Source: a virus. From it: DNA of 64,000 nucleotides. Under the pieces are notes generated by a model, which searched no databases, was not told the DNA's origin, and worked only from the letters and a program-made list of their open reading frames with translations. This document shows positions 16,676 through 26,245 of this stretch, piece after piece. The translations under genes and the position numbers were made by a program. Position 1 is the first letter of the stretch. Every line of letters begins with the position of its first letter. Location of the stretch: positions 1 to 64,000 of the IMG/VR virus record IMGVR_UViG_3300021197_001931; one strand, written 5' to 3'.

Positions 16676-17522
16676 ATTTAAGGTGCCAAATTACGAAGAA
16701 ATAATTTCACAACAAAAGTCATATGAATGGTATCATTTCTTGTGTGAATATTACGATGTAACTCCAGACCAAGCTTTGGAGCTTGGAACCAGAAAATTTG
16801 GTAGAAAGCCAACCCTTCCCGGTTCAAAAACCTGCGATCCGGTTTCTGATATGACTTTTGAGGATATTTGGGAACTTCAAGAAAGAGAGACCCCAGAACA
16901 GATATTCCAGTTCTACAAAGACCAAGGTGCTTGGAGTACGTTTAGGCAAACTGTTAGACACTTAGAGCTTGCTGGCATGCACAGATCCGTGTTAAAAATA
17001 ATGGCTTCTCCTGGCATACACCTTTGCGAATACGGGTGTGGCGTTGCTCCTTTTTCAACGACTCTTCTTTTAAACTGTGGCGAAGATTTCAATATTGATA
17101 TCTCTATTTCTGATGTTGTGGAATCAGAACACCTGTATTTTGCCGAGTGGAAATTGAAAAAGATTATTAAAGAAAGGGGACTTAAAAATGTCAACCTTTA
17201 TGTGAAACCTGTCACAGCAAACAGTCTCCCCGAATATCACAAGCCAATTGATAGGTTTATAATATTCGAAGTTTTGGAACATGTTCTTAGTCCTGTAGAA
17301 ACAATCACCAATGTAGTTAATCAGATGAACCCTGGGGCACTGTATTTAGAAAATTTTGTTAAACTCAATATGGAAGAAATGGATGACCCTGGCCCAGACC
17401 TAAAATCTGCAACTTCCGAAAGGGCAAAGTATTATAATCTAATTGAGAGCAACTTTAATCTTTTAACTTCAAACTCTGATGATATAGATCCTAACGGTAC
17501 TAGGATATGGCTTAAAGGGTAA
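16665..17522 (+). CDS. Class I SAM-dependent methyltransferase
   Basis: CEYGCGVA, FEVLEHV, MNPGALY. Confidence 0.8.
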   Translation: MSFEFKVPNYEEIISQQKSYEWYHFLCEYYDVTPDQALELGTRKFGRKPTLPGSKTCDPVSDMTFEDIWELQERETPEQIFQFYKDQGAWSTFRQTVRHLELAGMHRSVLKIMASPGIHLCEYGCGVAPFSTTLLLNCGEDFNIDISISDVVESEHLYFAEWKLKKIIKERGLKNVNLYVKPVTANSLPEYHKPIDRFIIFEVLEHVLSPVETITNVVNQMNPGALYLENFVKLNMEEMDDPGPDLKSATSERAKYYNLIESNFNLLTSNSDDIDPNGTRIWLKG

Positions 17523-17535
17523 GGGTAGTAAAATT

Positions 17536-18315
17536 ATGAGCAGTTACGATTGGACACATTATGCGTTTGGGGATGATTTAGTTAAAGATCGGTATCAACA
17601 ATTTTATGATAATTGGGAGGTATTAATTCAAAATGACCAAGAGTTAGCCCAGTTCTCGAAAGAGGTTGGAGAGATAAAGGACACCGTGGTTCCAGATAAT
17701 TATATGGAACTTTGGAATAAAATAAATTTACCAATTCAAGTACAGAAAGCCAATAATTATCGCCTCACCGAAGAGCATGCACTAAAATGCTTTGAGGGCT
17801 TACATAAAAGAGCTTTTTACTTAGTGAAGGTTGCAAAGTTTTTTAATGCGAAAAATATACTAGAGGTTGGCACTTCTCAAGGGTGGCAATATTTCTCATT
17901 TGCCGAGTATGCAAAAGGTGTCAAGGGCCACGTTTGGAGCTGTGATATAAGAGACGTTAGACATCAAGAATCAATCGAAAAATACGACAACAACACTACT
18001 TTTCATTATGGACGAAGTGAAACTTTGAAAGATATAGTTGGTGACAATAAGATAGATATGTTTTATATTGATGGCGCTCATGACAAGCTTTCTGTTTTAA
18101 GAGATGTTTATAATTTACAAGATGTGCAGGCAGATGAGTGTGTTTGGGTTTTTGATGATTTTGATCATCGATTTGGATGCTTTGATGACATAGAAAAACT
18201 TTGCACATATTACAATAGATGTAAAGTTTATAATGTTGGGGAGGCTGCGAGTGGAAACCCAAGCCACCAAGCAATAATATTTGGTAAAATTGATATAAGA
18301 ACAGATAATAGGTAG
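17536..18315 (+). CDS. Methyltransferase (Methyltransf_24-like)
   Basis: ILEVGTSQG, DMFYIDGAH, VFDD. Confidence 0.82.
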   Translation: MSSYDWTHYAFGDDLVKDRYQQFYDNWEVLIQNDQELAQFSKEVGEIKDTVVPDNYMELWNKINLPIQVQKANNYRLTEEHALKCFEGLHKRAFYLVKVAKFFNAKNILEVGTSQGWQYFSFAEYAKGVKGHVWSCDIRDVRHQESIEKYDNNTTFHYGRSETLKDIVGDNKIDMFYIDGAHDKLSVLRDVYNLQDVQADECVWVFDDFDHRFGCFDDIEKLCTYYNRCKVYNVGEAASGNPSHQAIIFGKIDIRTDNR

Positions 18316-18319
18316 CACA

Positions 18320-19165
18320 ATGGGATTAGGTGGATATTTAACTTGGACTGCTGTTGCAAGAGAGCTAGTTAAAAACAATAAAGCAAAAAAACTATTTCCA
18401 TCTGAAGTGCATGGGAATAAATATAAGGAAGTGAAGAGCCCAATATGGCTTAATAATCCATACTTGTCTACAGACAGACAAGAGCTTATAGAAAAGCAAG
18501 CCGCAGTCTTGCCTTTAAATAATCGAGAAATAAGTTATTGTAAATATGATGACGCTGTAAGGTGCGTTCAACGAGCCGATAAGCACTGCATTGAACAAAT
18601 GTGTGATTTCTATGGATTAAAAGATCCAGAAATAAAATGTGATTTATTTTTTTCTGACGAAGAACACAGAGATGTAGACAAAATAATCTCAGGCCTTAGT
18701 GAGAGGTTTATAACAATTGAACCACATTCAAAGAAATCATATACTCCAAATAAAGAATATTCTTTTGAAAAGTGGCAGAAAATAGTCAACGTGCTTTCAA
18801 AAGAGATACAAATTGTCCAGGTCGGCAACAAGGATATGCCAATTTTAGAAAATGTTGTTAATATGGTGGGATCAACTACCTTTAGGGAGTGTGCTGGAGT
18901 GATTGGAAGATCCGAATTGTTCCTAAGCACTGAGGGAGGTTTAGCTCATGCCAGCACAGCAGTGAATACAACAGCATTAATAGTTATGACAGGATACCAG
19001 TCTCCAGTTCTCTGGTCATACCCACAGAATATAAACGTTTATATAGGCAACCATGGCCCCTGTGGGTTTAAGATACTTTGCAAAGAATGCGTTCAAGATA
19101 TACACATGCACGATGAAAGCGAAATAGCTGAAAAAGCTATGGAATTTTTAAGGGGTTTGGAATGA
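18320..19165 (+). CDS. GT9-family (heptosyltransferase-like) glycosyltransferase
   Basis: MGLGG N-terminus, KEYSFEKW, FLSTEGGLAHASTAV. Confidence 0.75.
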   Translation: MGLGGYLTWTAVARELVKNNKAKKLFPSEVHGNKYKEVKSPIWLNNPYLSTDRQELIEKQAAVLPLNNREISYCKYDDAVRCVQRADKHCIEQMCDFYGLKDPEIKCDLFFSDEEHRDVDKIISGLSERFITIEPHSKKSYTPNKEYSFEKWQKIVNVLSKEIQIVQVGNKDMPILENVVNMVGSTTFRECAGVIGRSELFLSTEGGLAHASTAVNTTALIVMTGYQSPVLWSYPQNINVYIGNHGPCGFKILCKECVQDIHMHDESEIAEKAMEFLRGLE

Positions 19166-20040
19166 ACAAAAAGCCAGTAGTCCTCGCTTCTGACCACAAT
19201 GGTATCAGCCTTAAAAAAAGTCTTTCTACTTTTTTAAAACAAAAGGGTTATATTTGTTTAGATATTGGGCCATTTGATCATTCTAAAAAGGTAGACTATG
19301 TTGACTATGCAAACCAACTTTGCCAAATTATAGCTAATGGTGACGCTGATCGAGGAATTTTAATTTGTGGCACCGGAGTTGGAATGAGCATCGCTGCTAA
19401 TAGGTTTTCCGAGATTAGGGCGGCTTTGGTTCATAATGTTCTTACTGCTCCAAAATGTAGAGAGCACAATAATTCTAATGTTTTGTGCTTAGGATCTTGG
19501 GTAACCTCCGAAGCGGAGAGTGAAGAAATTCTTAGCCTATGGATGGATACGCCGTTTGGTGAAGGTCGCCATGTAAAAAGAATTGAAAAAATTTCCAAAA
19601 AGGGTGAGGATGAAATTGTTTTTGCAAATGGAGTTTTTGATATTCTTCATACTGGTCACCTTGAGCTTTTGCGATTTGCTAAAAGCTTGGGAGGTAAGCT
19701 TGTAGTTGGGATTAACTCAGACCGAGCAGTAAAGGCCCTCAAGGGGCCAACACGTCCCATAAATAACGAGAGTGATAGAAAGAAAATGCTAGAATCAATA
19801 GACTGCGTTGATGAAGTTGTTGTTTTTGATGATACAGACACCAAGTCTGTAATTGCCTCTGTGTGTCCTGATGTGCTTGTAAAAGGCGGGGAGTGGACTG
19901 CCGACCAAGTAAGGATCCGAGATGAGGTTCCTGGTAATATAAATATAAAAATCTACCCTCTTGTGGCCGATTATTCCACTACAAATGTTCTAAAAAAAAT
20001 AAAGACTATCGATGGGTGGCAGAAAAGTGGAAATTCTTAA
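19162..20040 (+). CDS. Fusion: RpiB/LacAB sugar-phosphate isomerase + HldC/RfaE-II type nucleotidyltransferase
   Basis: ASDHNG, VDYVDY, ICGTGVGMSIAANR, REHNNSN, FGEGRH; then NGVFDILHTGH, GINSD, KGPTRPIN, VKGG, YSTT. Confidence 0.9.
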   Translation: MNKKPVVLASDHNGISLKKSLSTFLKQKGYICLDIGPFDHSKKVDYVDYANQLCQIIANGDADRGILICGTGVGMSIAANRFSEIRAALVHNVLTAPKCREHNNSNVLCLGSWVTSEAESEEILSLWMDTPFGEGRHVKRIEKISKKGEDEIVFANGVFDILHTGHLELLRFAKSLGGKLVVGINSDRAVKALKGPTRPINNESDRKKMLESIDCVDEVVVFDDTDTKSVIASVCPDVLVKGGEWTADQVRIRDEVPGNINIKIYPLVADYSTTNVLKKIKTIDGWQKSGNS

Positions 20041-20968
20041 TAAAATATCTCAAAAACGAGTTTTGGTATTGGGCGATACCATTTTAGATAAAACGGTTAA
20101 ATGCCAAACAATAGGGCTTTCATTGGAATCTCCTACCCTGAAAACCAAAGAGGTGGGGAGGGAGATCGCACTTGGAGGCGCTGCCAATGTAGTCAAAAAT
20201 TTGTTGGCGTTAGGGTGTGAATGCACTTTCCTAACGGTTTTAGGTAATGATGAGTATCTTAAATATTATGAAGATTGGAAGTCCAAATCGTTACGATTGC
20301 GCCCCCTGATTACAAAAAGGCAAAATGTAGTAAAGAGCAGATATTGGGTAGAGCGCGGAAATGTAAGTTATAAATACTTGCAAATAAACAGGGGTGATAA
20401 AGATAAATTAAAAAAAAATGAATTTAAAAAATTGTATTCCATTTATGAAGAATGTATAAAAAATGTAGACGCCATTGTCTTAGTTGACTATAATAATGGC
20501 ATATTTTTAGATTCACAATATATAGAAAATCTTATTATTGCGGCTAAAAAGGTGGGAGTTCCAACCGTCTCTAGTTCTCAAATTTCAGATGGATGTAATC
20601 GATATCCTTACTTTAAAAACTCAACGTATATTTGCATGAACCAAGCTGAGGCTTCCTCTAATTTAAGAAATTTTTCTCCGAGTGATGATACAATAATACA
20701 ACTTGTCTCTATTTTAAATTCCAATGTTTGTGTAACTCTGGGAGACAAAGGGTCCATTTTTAGTGATGGTGTGGATATTTTTCGTGAACCACCAAGTAAA
20801 GTAAATGTGATGGATCCATGTGGCGCTGGTGATTCGTTTTTGGCCGCATTCTCTGCTTGCTTGGGGGACAATAATCTTAAATTTTGTAATAAATGGGCAT
20901 CACTTGCCACAACAAAGCTTGGGACAACATGTCCACAAGTGGAGGATCTAAATGAGCCATTCTGTTAA
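20012..20968 (+). CDS. PfkB-family sugar kinase, HldA/RfaE-I like
   Basis: VLGDTILD, GGAANV, VTLGDKG, DPCGAGDSF. Confidence 0.85.
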   Translation: MGGRKVEILNKISQKRVLVLGDTILDKTVKCQTIGLSLESPTLKTKEVGREIALGGAANVVKNLLALGCECTFLTVLGNDEYLKYYEDWKSKSLRLRPLITKRQNVVKSRYWVERGNVSYKYLQINRGDKDKLKKNEFKKLYSIYEECIKNVDAIVLVDYNNGIFLDSQYIENLIIAAKKVGVPTVSSSQISDGCNRYPYFKNSTYICMNQAEASSNLRNFSPSDDTIIQLVSILNSNVCVTLGDKGSIFSDGVDIFREPPSKVNVMDPCGAGDSFLAAFSACLGDNNLKFCNKWASLATTKLGTTCPQVEDLNEPFC

Positions 20969-21638
20969 AAAGATGGTCCTAGAGGCAAATCAGTGGATTG
21001 TGTCTACAGGACTTGTATCATTAACTTGGGGAAATGTAAGCGCATTATCTACAGATAGGCAAAGAGTAATTATCAAGCCTTCTGGTATTGATTTAAAAAC
21101 TGCTACTCCCGAAGACATGTCTGAGTTAAGCCTCTCCGAGAATTATATTTCTGGAAAAAAGCCATCAGTAGATACGCCAACTCACGTTTGTTTGTATCAT
21201 AATTTTAAAAACATTGGGTCCGTTGTACACACTCATTCAAAGTATGCTACAATATGGGCTCAAGCCTATAAAAATATTCCATGCTTTGGAACAACACATG
21301 CAGATTATTTTGATGGGTCAGTACCTTGCATAAGGCCACCAACACCTAAAAAAGTTAAAGATAATTATGAGACTTACACCGGATATTGTATAGTGGAATA
21401 CTTCGAGGACAAAAAGATAGACCCGTTAAGAGTGCCGGGTGCATTAATAGGAGGCCACGGTGTTTTTTGTTGGGGCGAAACTGTTGAAAAAGCTCTGGAA
21501 AATGCTTTTGTTTTAGAAAAGGTTGCAGAGATGGCGTATCACACTAGGCTGCTAGGGCATAAGCGATCTTTGCCAAAATATATTTTACGGAAACATTTTG
21601 ATAGAAAACACGGAGATAAAAAATATTATGGCCAATGA
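20952..21638 (+). CDS. araD: L-ribulose-5-phosphate 4-epimerase (class II aldolase family)
   Basis: TWGNVS, IKPSG, KPSVDTPTH, HTHS, GTTHADYF, HFDRKHG..YYGQ. Confidence 0.9.
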   Translation: MSHSVKKMVLEANQWIVSTGLVSLTWGNVSALSTDRQRVIIKPSGIDLKTATPEDMSELSLSENYISGKKPSVDTPTHVCLYHNFKNIGSVVHTHSKYATIWAQAYKNIPCFGTTHADYFDGSVPCIRPPTPKKVKDNYETYTGYCIVEYFEDKKIDPLRVPGALIGGHGVFCWGETVEKALENAFVLEKVAEMAYHTRLLGHKRSLPKYILRKHFDRKHGDKKYYGQ

Positions 21639-22038
21639 GGCAAAGTACGGTCGCCAAGAACTTCCTCCGGTGAGCGGGGTAATCAAGGATATCGATAAAT
21701 ATTGGGGCAATATAAAAACTCTTTTTGAAAATGATCAGTATACTGTGAAGAGGATTTATATGCGCGCTGGTACACAGAGTAGCATGGAGTACCATGTTAA
21801 CAAACAAGAAGCATATTACATAGAAACAGGTCGCCTTAAGGTTGGAACTCGAATTGGTAGGGCAAAAAATACCTCATTGATCTTAAACGAGGGAGATGTA
21901 TTCCACATTCCAGTAGGTTTTATGCATATGAGGATAGCCTTAGAAGACACAACAATCATTGAATTTTCTACACTAGATGATGATGCAGACTCTCATATTG
22001 TGGAAGATGGAAAAACATATAAACACATAGAGGAATAA
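21628..22038 (+). CDS. Cupin-domain protein (sugar isomerase/epimerase-like)
   Basis: KYWG, SMEYH..KQE, GDVFHIPVGFMH, IEFST. Confidence 0.8.
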   Translation: MANEAKYGRQELPPVSGVIKDIDKYWGNIKTLFENDQYTVKRIYMRAGTQSSMEYHVNKQEAYYIETGRLKVGTRIGRAKNTSLILNEGDVFHIPVGFMHMRIALEDTTIIEFSTLDDDADSHIVEDGKTYKHIEE

Positions 22039-22042
22039 TATA

Positions 22043-22711
22043 ATGAAGCTTTTTTTAGACACAGCAAATATTGAACAAATTGAAGACGCATTTAGAACTG
22101 GGGCCATCTCTGGTGTAACTACAAATCCGTCCTTGTTATCAAAGGAGCCAAAGGCTGACTTTTACGAACACATACAGAAGATCGCAGATCTATGCTCCTC
22201 TAGAGGCAATGGGTGCCCACTAAGTGTGGAAGTTTTTGCCAAGGAGCCTAGAGCAATGGTTGATCAGGCAATGAGGATTGTTAATACTTTGGATTATGAT
22301 AATGTAAATATTAAAATTCCTGTGGGCTACGAGGAACTAGCAGCTATCAATACTCTGTCCAAGGAAGGAGTTAGGGTTAACTGTACATGTTGCTTTACGA
22401 CGACACAAATGCAACTTGCCGCAGCCTCTGGTGCTAGGTATGTTTCCCTGTTTTATAACAGACTCATAGATGTGGGGGGAAATCCCCTGGAGGTGTTAAC
22501 AAGAACTCGTGAATTTATTGAACAAAACAATTTAAATTCAGAAATTATTGCAGGTAGCATTAGAAACTCTTATGATCTGGAAGATTGCTGGAATGCAGGG
22601 GCACATATTGTTACAGCCGGGAGCAATGTTGTAAAGAAGGCAATGGCACACGTTAAGACAGACGAGTCTGTTAATGGATTTCTATCTGATTTTGAAAAAT
22701 GGATAAAGTAA
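22043..22711 (+). CDS. talC: Transaldolase / fructose-6-phosphate aldolase (TalC/MipB type)
   Basis: LFLDTAN, GVTTNPSL, NIKIP (Schiff-base Lys), IIAGSIR. Confidence 0.9.
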   Translation: MKLFLDTANIEQIEDAFRTGAISGVTTNPSLLSKEPKADFYEHIQKIADLCSSRGNGCPLSVEVFAKEPRAMVDQAMRIVNTLDYDNVNIKIPVGYEELAAINTLSKEGVRVNCTCCFTTTQMQLAAASGARYVSLFYNRLIDVGGNPLEVLTRTREFIEQNNLNSEIIAGSIRNSYDLEDCWNAGAHIVTAGSNVVKKAMAHVKTDESVNGFLSDFEKWIK

Positions 22712-23028
22712 CTTACGTTTTTGACATAGATGGCACTATTTGCACGAATAGCGGGCCAAACTACGAGCTATCTTCGCCCTACCCAGATAGGATAAACAAG
22801 ATAAACGCACTTTATGATCAAGGGCATACAATTTTGTTTTTGACTGCTAGGGGCATGGGAAGACATAAGAATAATCAAATTAAAGCAATTAATAGTTTGT
22901 ATGAGTTAACCAAAGAACAGCTAGATTCATGGGGTGTAAAGTATCACGATCTATTTTTAGGAAAACCACAAGGTGATCTTTACATTGATGATAAAGGGAT
23001 TAACGATAAAAAGTTTTTTGATTGTTGA
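22699..23028 (+). CDS. Small HAD-superfamily phosphatase (capsule-biosynthesis phosphatase type)
   Basis: FDIDGTIC, LTARG, GKP, YIDDK. Confidence 0.85.
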   Translation: MDKVTYVFDIDGTICTNSGPNYELSSPYPDRINKINALYDQGHTILFLTARGMGRHKNNQIKAINSLYELTKEQLDSWGVKYHDLFLGKPQGDLYIDDKGINDKKFFDC

Positions 23029-23036
23029 GGAAGTAA

Positions 23037-23951
23037 ATGAAAATATATGTAAATAGGGAGCCGGTATATGGCCCTTGGGGCGGCGGTGCAAAAACAGTCA
23101 TAGCGCTTGTTGAATCGCTAAAATCAGCTGGGCATGAAGTTGTCTTTAGGTTATGTCACGACATAGACGTTATTTTTTGTATAGATCCGAGGCCAAATAA
23201 ATATGGAGAATGGTATCAACATTTCTTAAACTACAAAAACCAGTTCGGAACAAAAATAGTCCATAGAGTGGGAGATGTTGGAACTCATAGCAAACCAGAG
23301 CTAACGAGCCTGGTAAAGCAAACAGTTCAGTATTCAGACTTCTTAATATTCCCTAGCGAGTGGGCAAAAGAGTGGATTAATTTTCAAGGTAATAATTTTC
23401 AAGTAGTGCACAATTGCCCCATGAAACAGTTCCATCAGTTCAAAAACACAGCTGTTGAAATAGGTGATAAAGTAAAACTGGTTACGCACCACTGGTCTAC
23501 AAATCCGAAAAAGGGTTTTCACTTTTACAAACAACTGGAAAATTATATTCAAAAAACAAACAAATATGAATTTTCTTATATTGGAAGAAAACCAGACAGC
23601 TACAGCTTTACCAATTACATTCAACCAATAGGCGCTGAAAGGCTCGCTGCTGAGCTTCCTAAGCATCATATATACATCACTGCCTCTATAGAAGAAGCTG
23701 GCGCAAACCACGTCCTAGAGGCAATGGCATGCGGCCTTCCCGTGGTTTTTCACAAGGATGGCGGAAGTATTGTAAATTATTGCGAAGATTACGGGCTTAA
23801 ATTTTCAAGTTTTGATGAAATGATTCAAAAGATTGATCAAATGGCGCAGGAGTACAAGACGTATAAAGCAAAAGTATTATCTTATGATAACAACATTGAA
23901 CAAGTCAAGAACAAGTACCTTGAGATAATTTTAGAGGTTTCAAGACGATGA
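23037..23951 (+). CDS. Glycosyltransferase, GT4 family
   Basis: GPWGGG, NPKKG, EAGANHVLEAMACGLP. Confidence 0.88.
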   Translation: MKIYVNREPVYGPWGGGAKTVIALVESLKSAGHEVVFRLCHDIDVIFCIDPRPNKYGEWYQHFLNYKNQFGTKIVHRVGDVGTHSKPELTSLVKQTVQYSDFLIFPSEWAKEWINFQGNNFQVVHNCPMKQFHQFKNTAVEIGDKVKLVTHHWSTNPKKGFHFYKQLENYIQKTNKYEFSYIGRKPDSYSFTNYIQPIGAERLAAELPKHHIYITASIEEAGANHVLEAMACGLPVVFHKDGGSIVNYCEDYGLKFSSFDEMIQKIDQMAQEYKTYKAKVLSYDNNIEQVKNKYLEIILEVSRR

Positions 23952-24667
23952 GCGAAGAAAACAAAATAAACATTAGCATTGATGATGTTTCTCCTCACCC
24001 TCTTTCATCAACTAGGGTTCTTGATCAATGTTTTTCTCTTATAGAGAAGCACCCAAACATTAAATTTACACTGTTTATACCAACAGCTTATTGGCGTACA
24101 TCGGGAACGCCAAAGGCGATTACCGGAAAACCCATGTATATTCACGAAGATACACAGTTCTGTGATACTTTAAGGGGACTCTCAAAAGATCATTTTGAGA
24201 TAGGGTATCATGGTCATTATCATGGGATCCCGGAAAGCAGGAATAACAATGACGAGTTTAAACATTTAAATTATAATCAAGCCATACACAAAATAGATCT
24301 AATGAAGGCTTTTGCTGAATCAACAGGGTTGCCGTTTAAAAAATTATTCAGGCCACCGGCTTTTCAAATGTCTGCAGAGGCAATAAAAGCTTTTCGAGAC
24401 ACTGGGTTTGAGGTGTTGGCCTTAAATAATCTGAAGCAGTATCTTTCAACGTATGATGATGAACACAAGAAAAAAGATGATGTTGTATATGTAACAAGTT
24501 GTCCACCTTATTCTCCACTCAGCTTAACACCAAAAACTGAAATAGTGTATCATGCCTGCGAATGGTTAGAAAATTACTTAAGTGTTGGAAAATCTAACGA
24601 GCTGTCAACTTTTTTGAACGATAACCATGGCAACTTTGAGTTTTGTTTTCTAAAAGATTTAATATAA
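23948..24667 (+). CDS. Polysaccharide deacetylase / DUF2334-like (CE4 fold)
   Basis: ISIDDVSP, EIGYHGHYH, FRPP. Confidence 0.78.
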   Translation: MSEENKINISIDDVSPHPLSSTRVLDQCFSLIEKHPNIKFTLFIPTAYWRTSGTPKAITGKPMYIHEDTQFCDTLRGLSKDHFEIGYHGHYHGIPESRNNNDEFKHLNYNQAIHKIDLMKAFAESTGLPFKKLFRPPAFQMSAEAIKAFRDTGFEVLALNNLKQYLSTYDDEHKKKDDVVYVTSCPPYSPLSLTPKTEIVYHACEWLENYLSVGKSNELSTFLNDNHGNFEFCFLKDLI

Positions 24668-24680
24668 AAGGCAGGGCCCC

Positions 24681-25283
24681 ATGGGAAGAAGTGATCCATA
24701 TTTAAAACAGTTTTGGGGGAGCCATATAAAGCCCAGTGGGGACGTTGCCTTATTAGGGTTTACCGACAATAATAAATTTTATGGTGACTTATATGATTTA
24801 CAACTAAAAAATTGGGATATTAATTCTGATTGGGTTTTGCCAAGAAAATATGATACTATCATATGTACACGATGTGCTTACTTTTCAAAAGATCTCAGCT
24901 CTTTTTTTAAAAAATGCCACGACTCCTTAAAAGAAGGAGGCTCTCTTTACGTTGATTTTGGACTAGGAGACCACTGGAGATTTCAAGATTATAAAATTGG
25001 TTGGATTAAAAACGGTGAACAGGAGCATGCGTATGAAGAGGGTAATTTTTTATGGTCAACTGTTTGGGATGATCAATTCTTGCTAAGCCCCCATTACCAG
25101 AGGTTTTCATCATATGTCGAGAGATATGGATATACAGACGTGAAGAAAGCAATTTTTGAAGAAGTCCCAGAAGTGCTGCACCTTACAAAGTTATCGAATC
25201 TTTTTAATATTCAATTTAGCTTGCTATCTTTATGGCCAGACAGCCCACAGTTATATGTTTTGATAAAGGCAACGAAGGTTTAA
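24681..25283 (+). CDS. Divergent SAM-dependent methyltransferase-like protein
   Basis: YDTIICTR...SLKEGGSLYVD. Confidence 0.55.
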   Translation: MGRSDPYLKQFWGSHIKPSGDVALLGFTDNNKFYGDLYDLQLKNWDINSDWVLPRKYDTIICTRCAYFSKDLSSFFKKCHDSLKEGGSLYVDFGLGDHWRFQDYKIGWIKNGEQEHAYEEGNFLWSTVWDDQFLLSPHYQRFSSYVERYGYTDVKKAIFEEVPEVLHLTKLSNLFNIQFSLLSLWPDSPQLYVLIKATKV

Positions 25284-25285
25284 TT

Positions 25286-26245
25286 GTGAATTTTATTCTA
25301 GTTGAGATGACGTTCTTACGATATTATATACCTCTTATTGCAGAGGGTAACAAAAGGGGTATAAAATCAAAAGTTTTTGTTGGCCCAAGTCATAAGTACA
25401 ATTGTCCACTAAGATTCAAGGGAGTGTTACTTGAACTTTCAAGGGAATATAATTTTGAAATTATAGAAGCCTCTAAAGCAAAAGAATATAATGGATATTT
25501 TTTCTTAATTGAGGCAACGGCCATAGATCTATTGAACCCCAATCAGAAAAAAGTTTCTTTATCTTATACAACAACTTTTTCTTATCATGCTCACACGTAC
25601 AGAGACAAAGTTGATTACATAGTATATCCTAGTGAGTTTATGGTTGATTTTTACAACCTAAAAAGAACAGAAAAGGATTTATGTCTTGGAGTTCCAAAAT
25701 ACGATATTGTCTTGAATAAGGAAGAAATAAATAAAAAGTATAACTTAACTGACAACAAAAAGGCCCTTTTTATAGCGCCAAAATTAAGAGATCTTAATAA
25801 AATAGATCTATCAAGAATATACAAAATTTTTAAAAATGAAGGATACGATATTTTAGTAAAAACAAGAGGAAAAGACCCAATTCCCAATAATCTTAGAGGG
25901 GATCGATATTTTACAGACAATAGTTGGCACCCACACACTTCAATGGAGCTAATGGAAGCCTCCAATATAGTGGTAAACTTTAGTTCCTCTGTTATTAAAG
26001 AAATAGTCATGCTTAGAAGACCAGTGGTAAACTTTGACATTAAGCCATTTAAGATGTGTTTGCCATTCTTGTATGATTATGAATATTGTCGTAATCTTAA
26101 AAAAGATGCAAACGAACAGCAGATAAAAAATGCAATTAAAGAGTTGACGACAAGACCGTTAGATGATATATTTGATTTATCAATAAAAAGTCATTTATTT
26201 AGTGGCAATTCATCAAAAAGAATTTTAGATCGACTAGGATTATAG
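25286..26245 (+). CDS. GT-B fold protein (CDP-glycerol glycerophosphotransferase / sialyltransferase-like)
   Basis: LGVPKYD, NFSSSVIKE, GNSSKRILD; immediately upstream of neuA-neuB. Confidence 0.55.
   Translation: MNFILVEMTFLRYYIPLIAEGNKRGIKSKVFVGPSHKYNCPLRFKGVLLELSREYNFEIIEASKAKEYNGYFFLIEATAIDLLNPNQKKVSLSYTTTFSYHAHTYRDKVDYIVYPSEFMVDFYNLKRTEKDLCLGVPKYDIVLNKEEINKKYNLTDNKKALFIAPKLRDLNKIDLSRIYKIFKNEGYDILVKTRGKDPIPNNLRGDRYFTDNSWHPHTSMELMEASNIVVNFSSSVIKEIVMLRRPVVNFDIKPFKMCLPFLYDYEYCRNLKKDANEQQIKNAIKELTTRPLDDIFDLSIKSHLFSGNSSKRILDRLGL

Noticed and set aside
19162-22711. talC, rpiB and araD as ordinary pentose-phosphate auxiliary metabolic genes
   Set aside because: RpiB is fused to a nucleotidyltransferase and the genes are interleaved with a kinase, phosphatase and GT9; no zwf, gnd or cp12 nearby. 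Disfavoured rather than excluded
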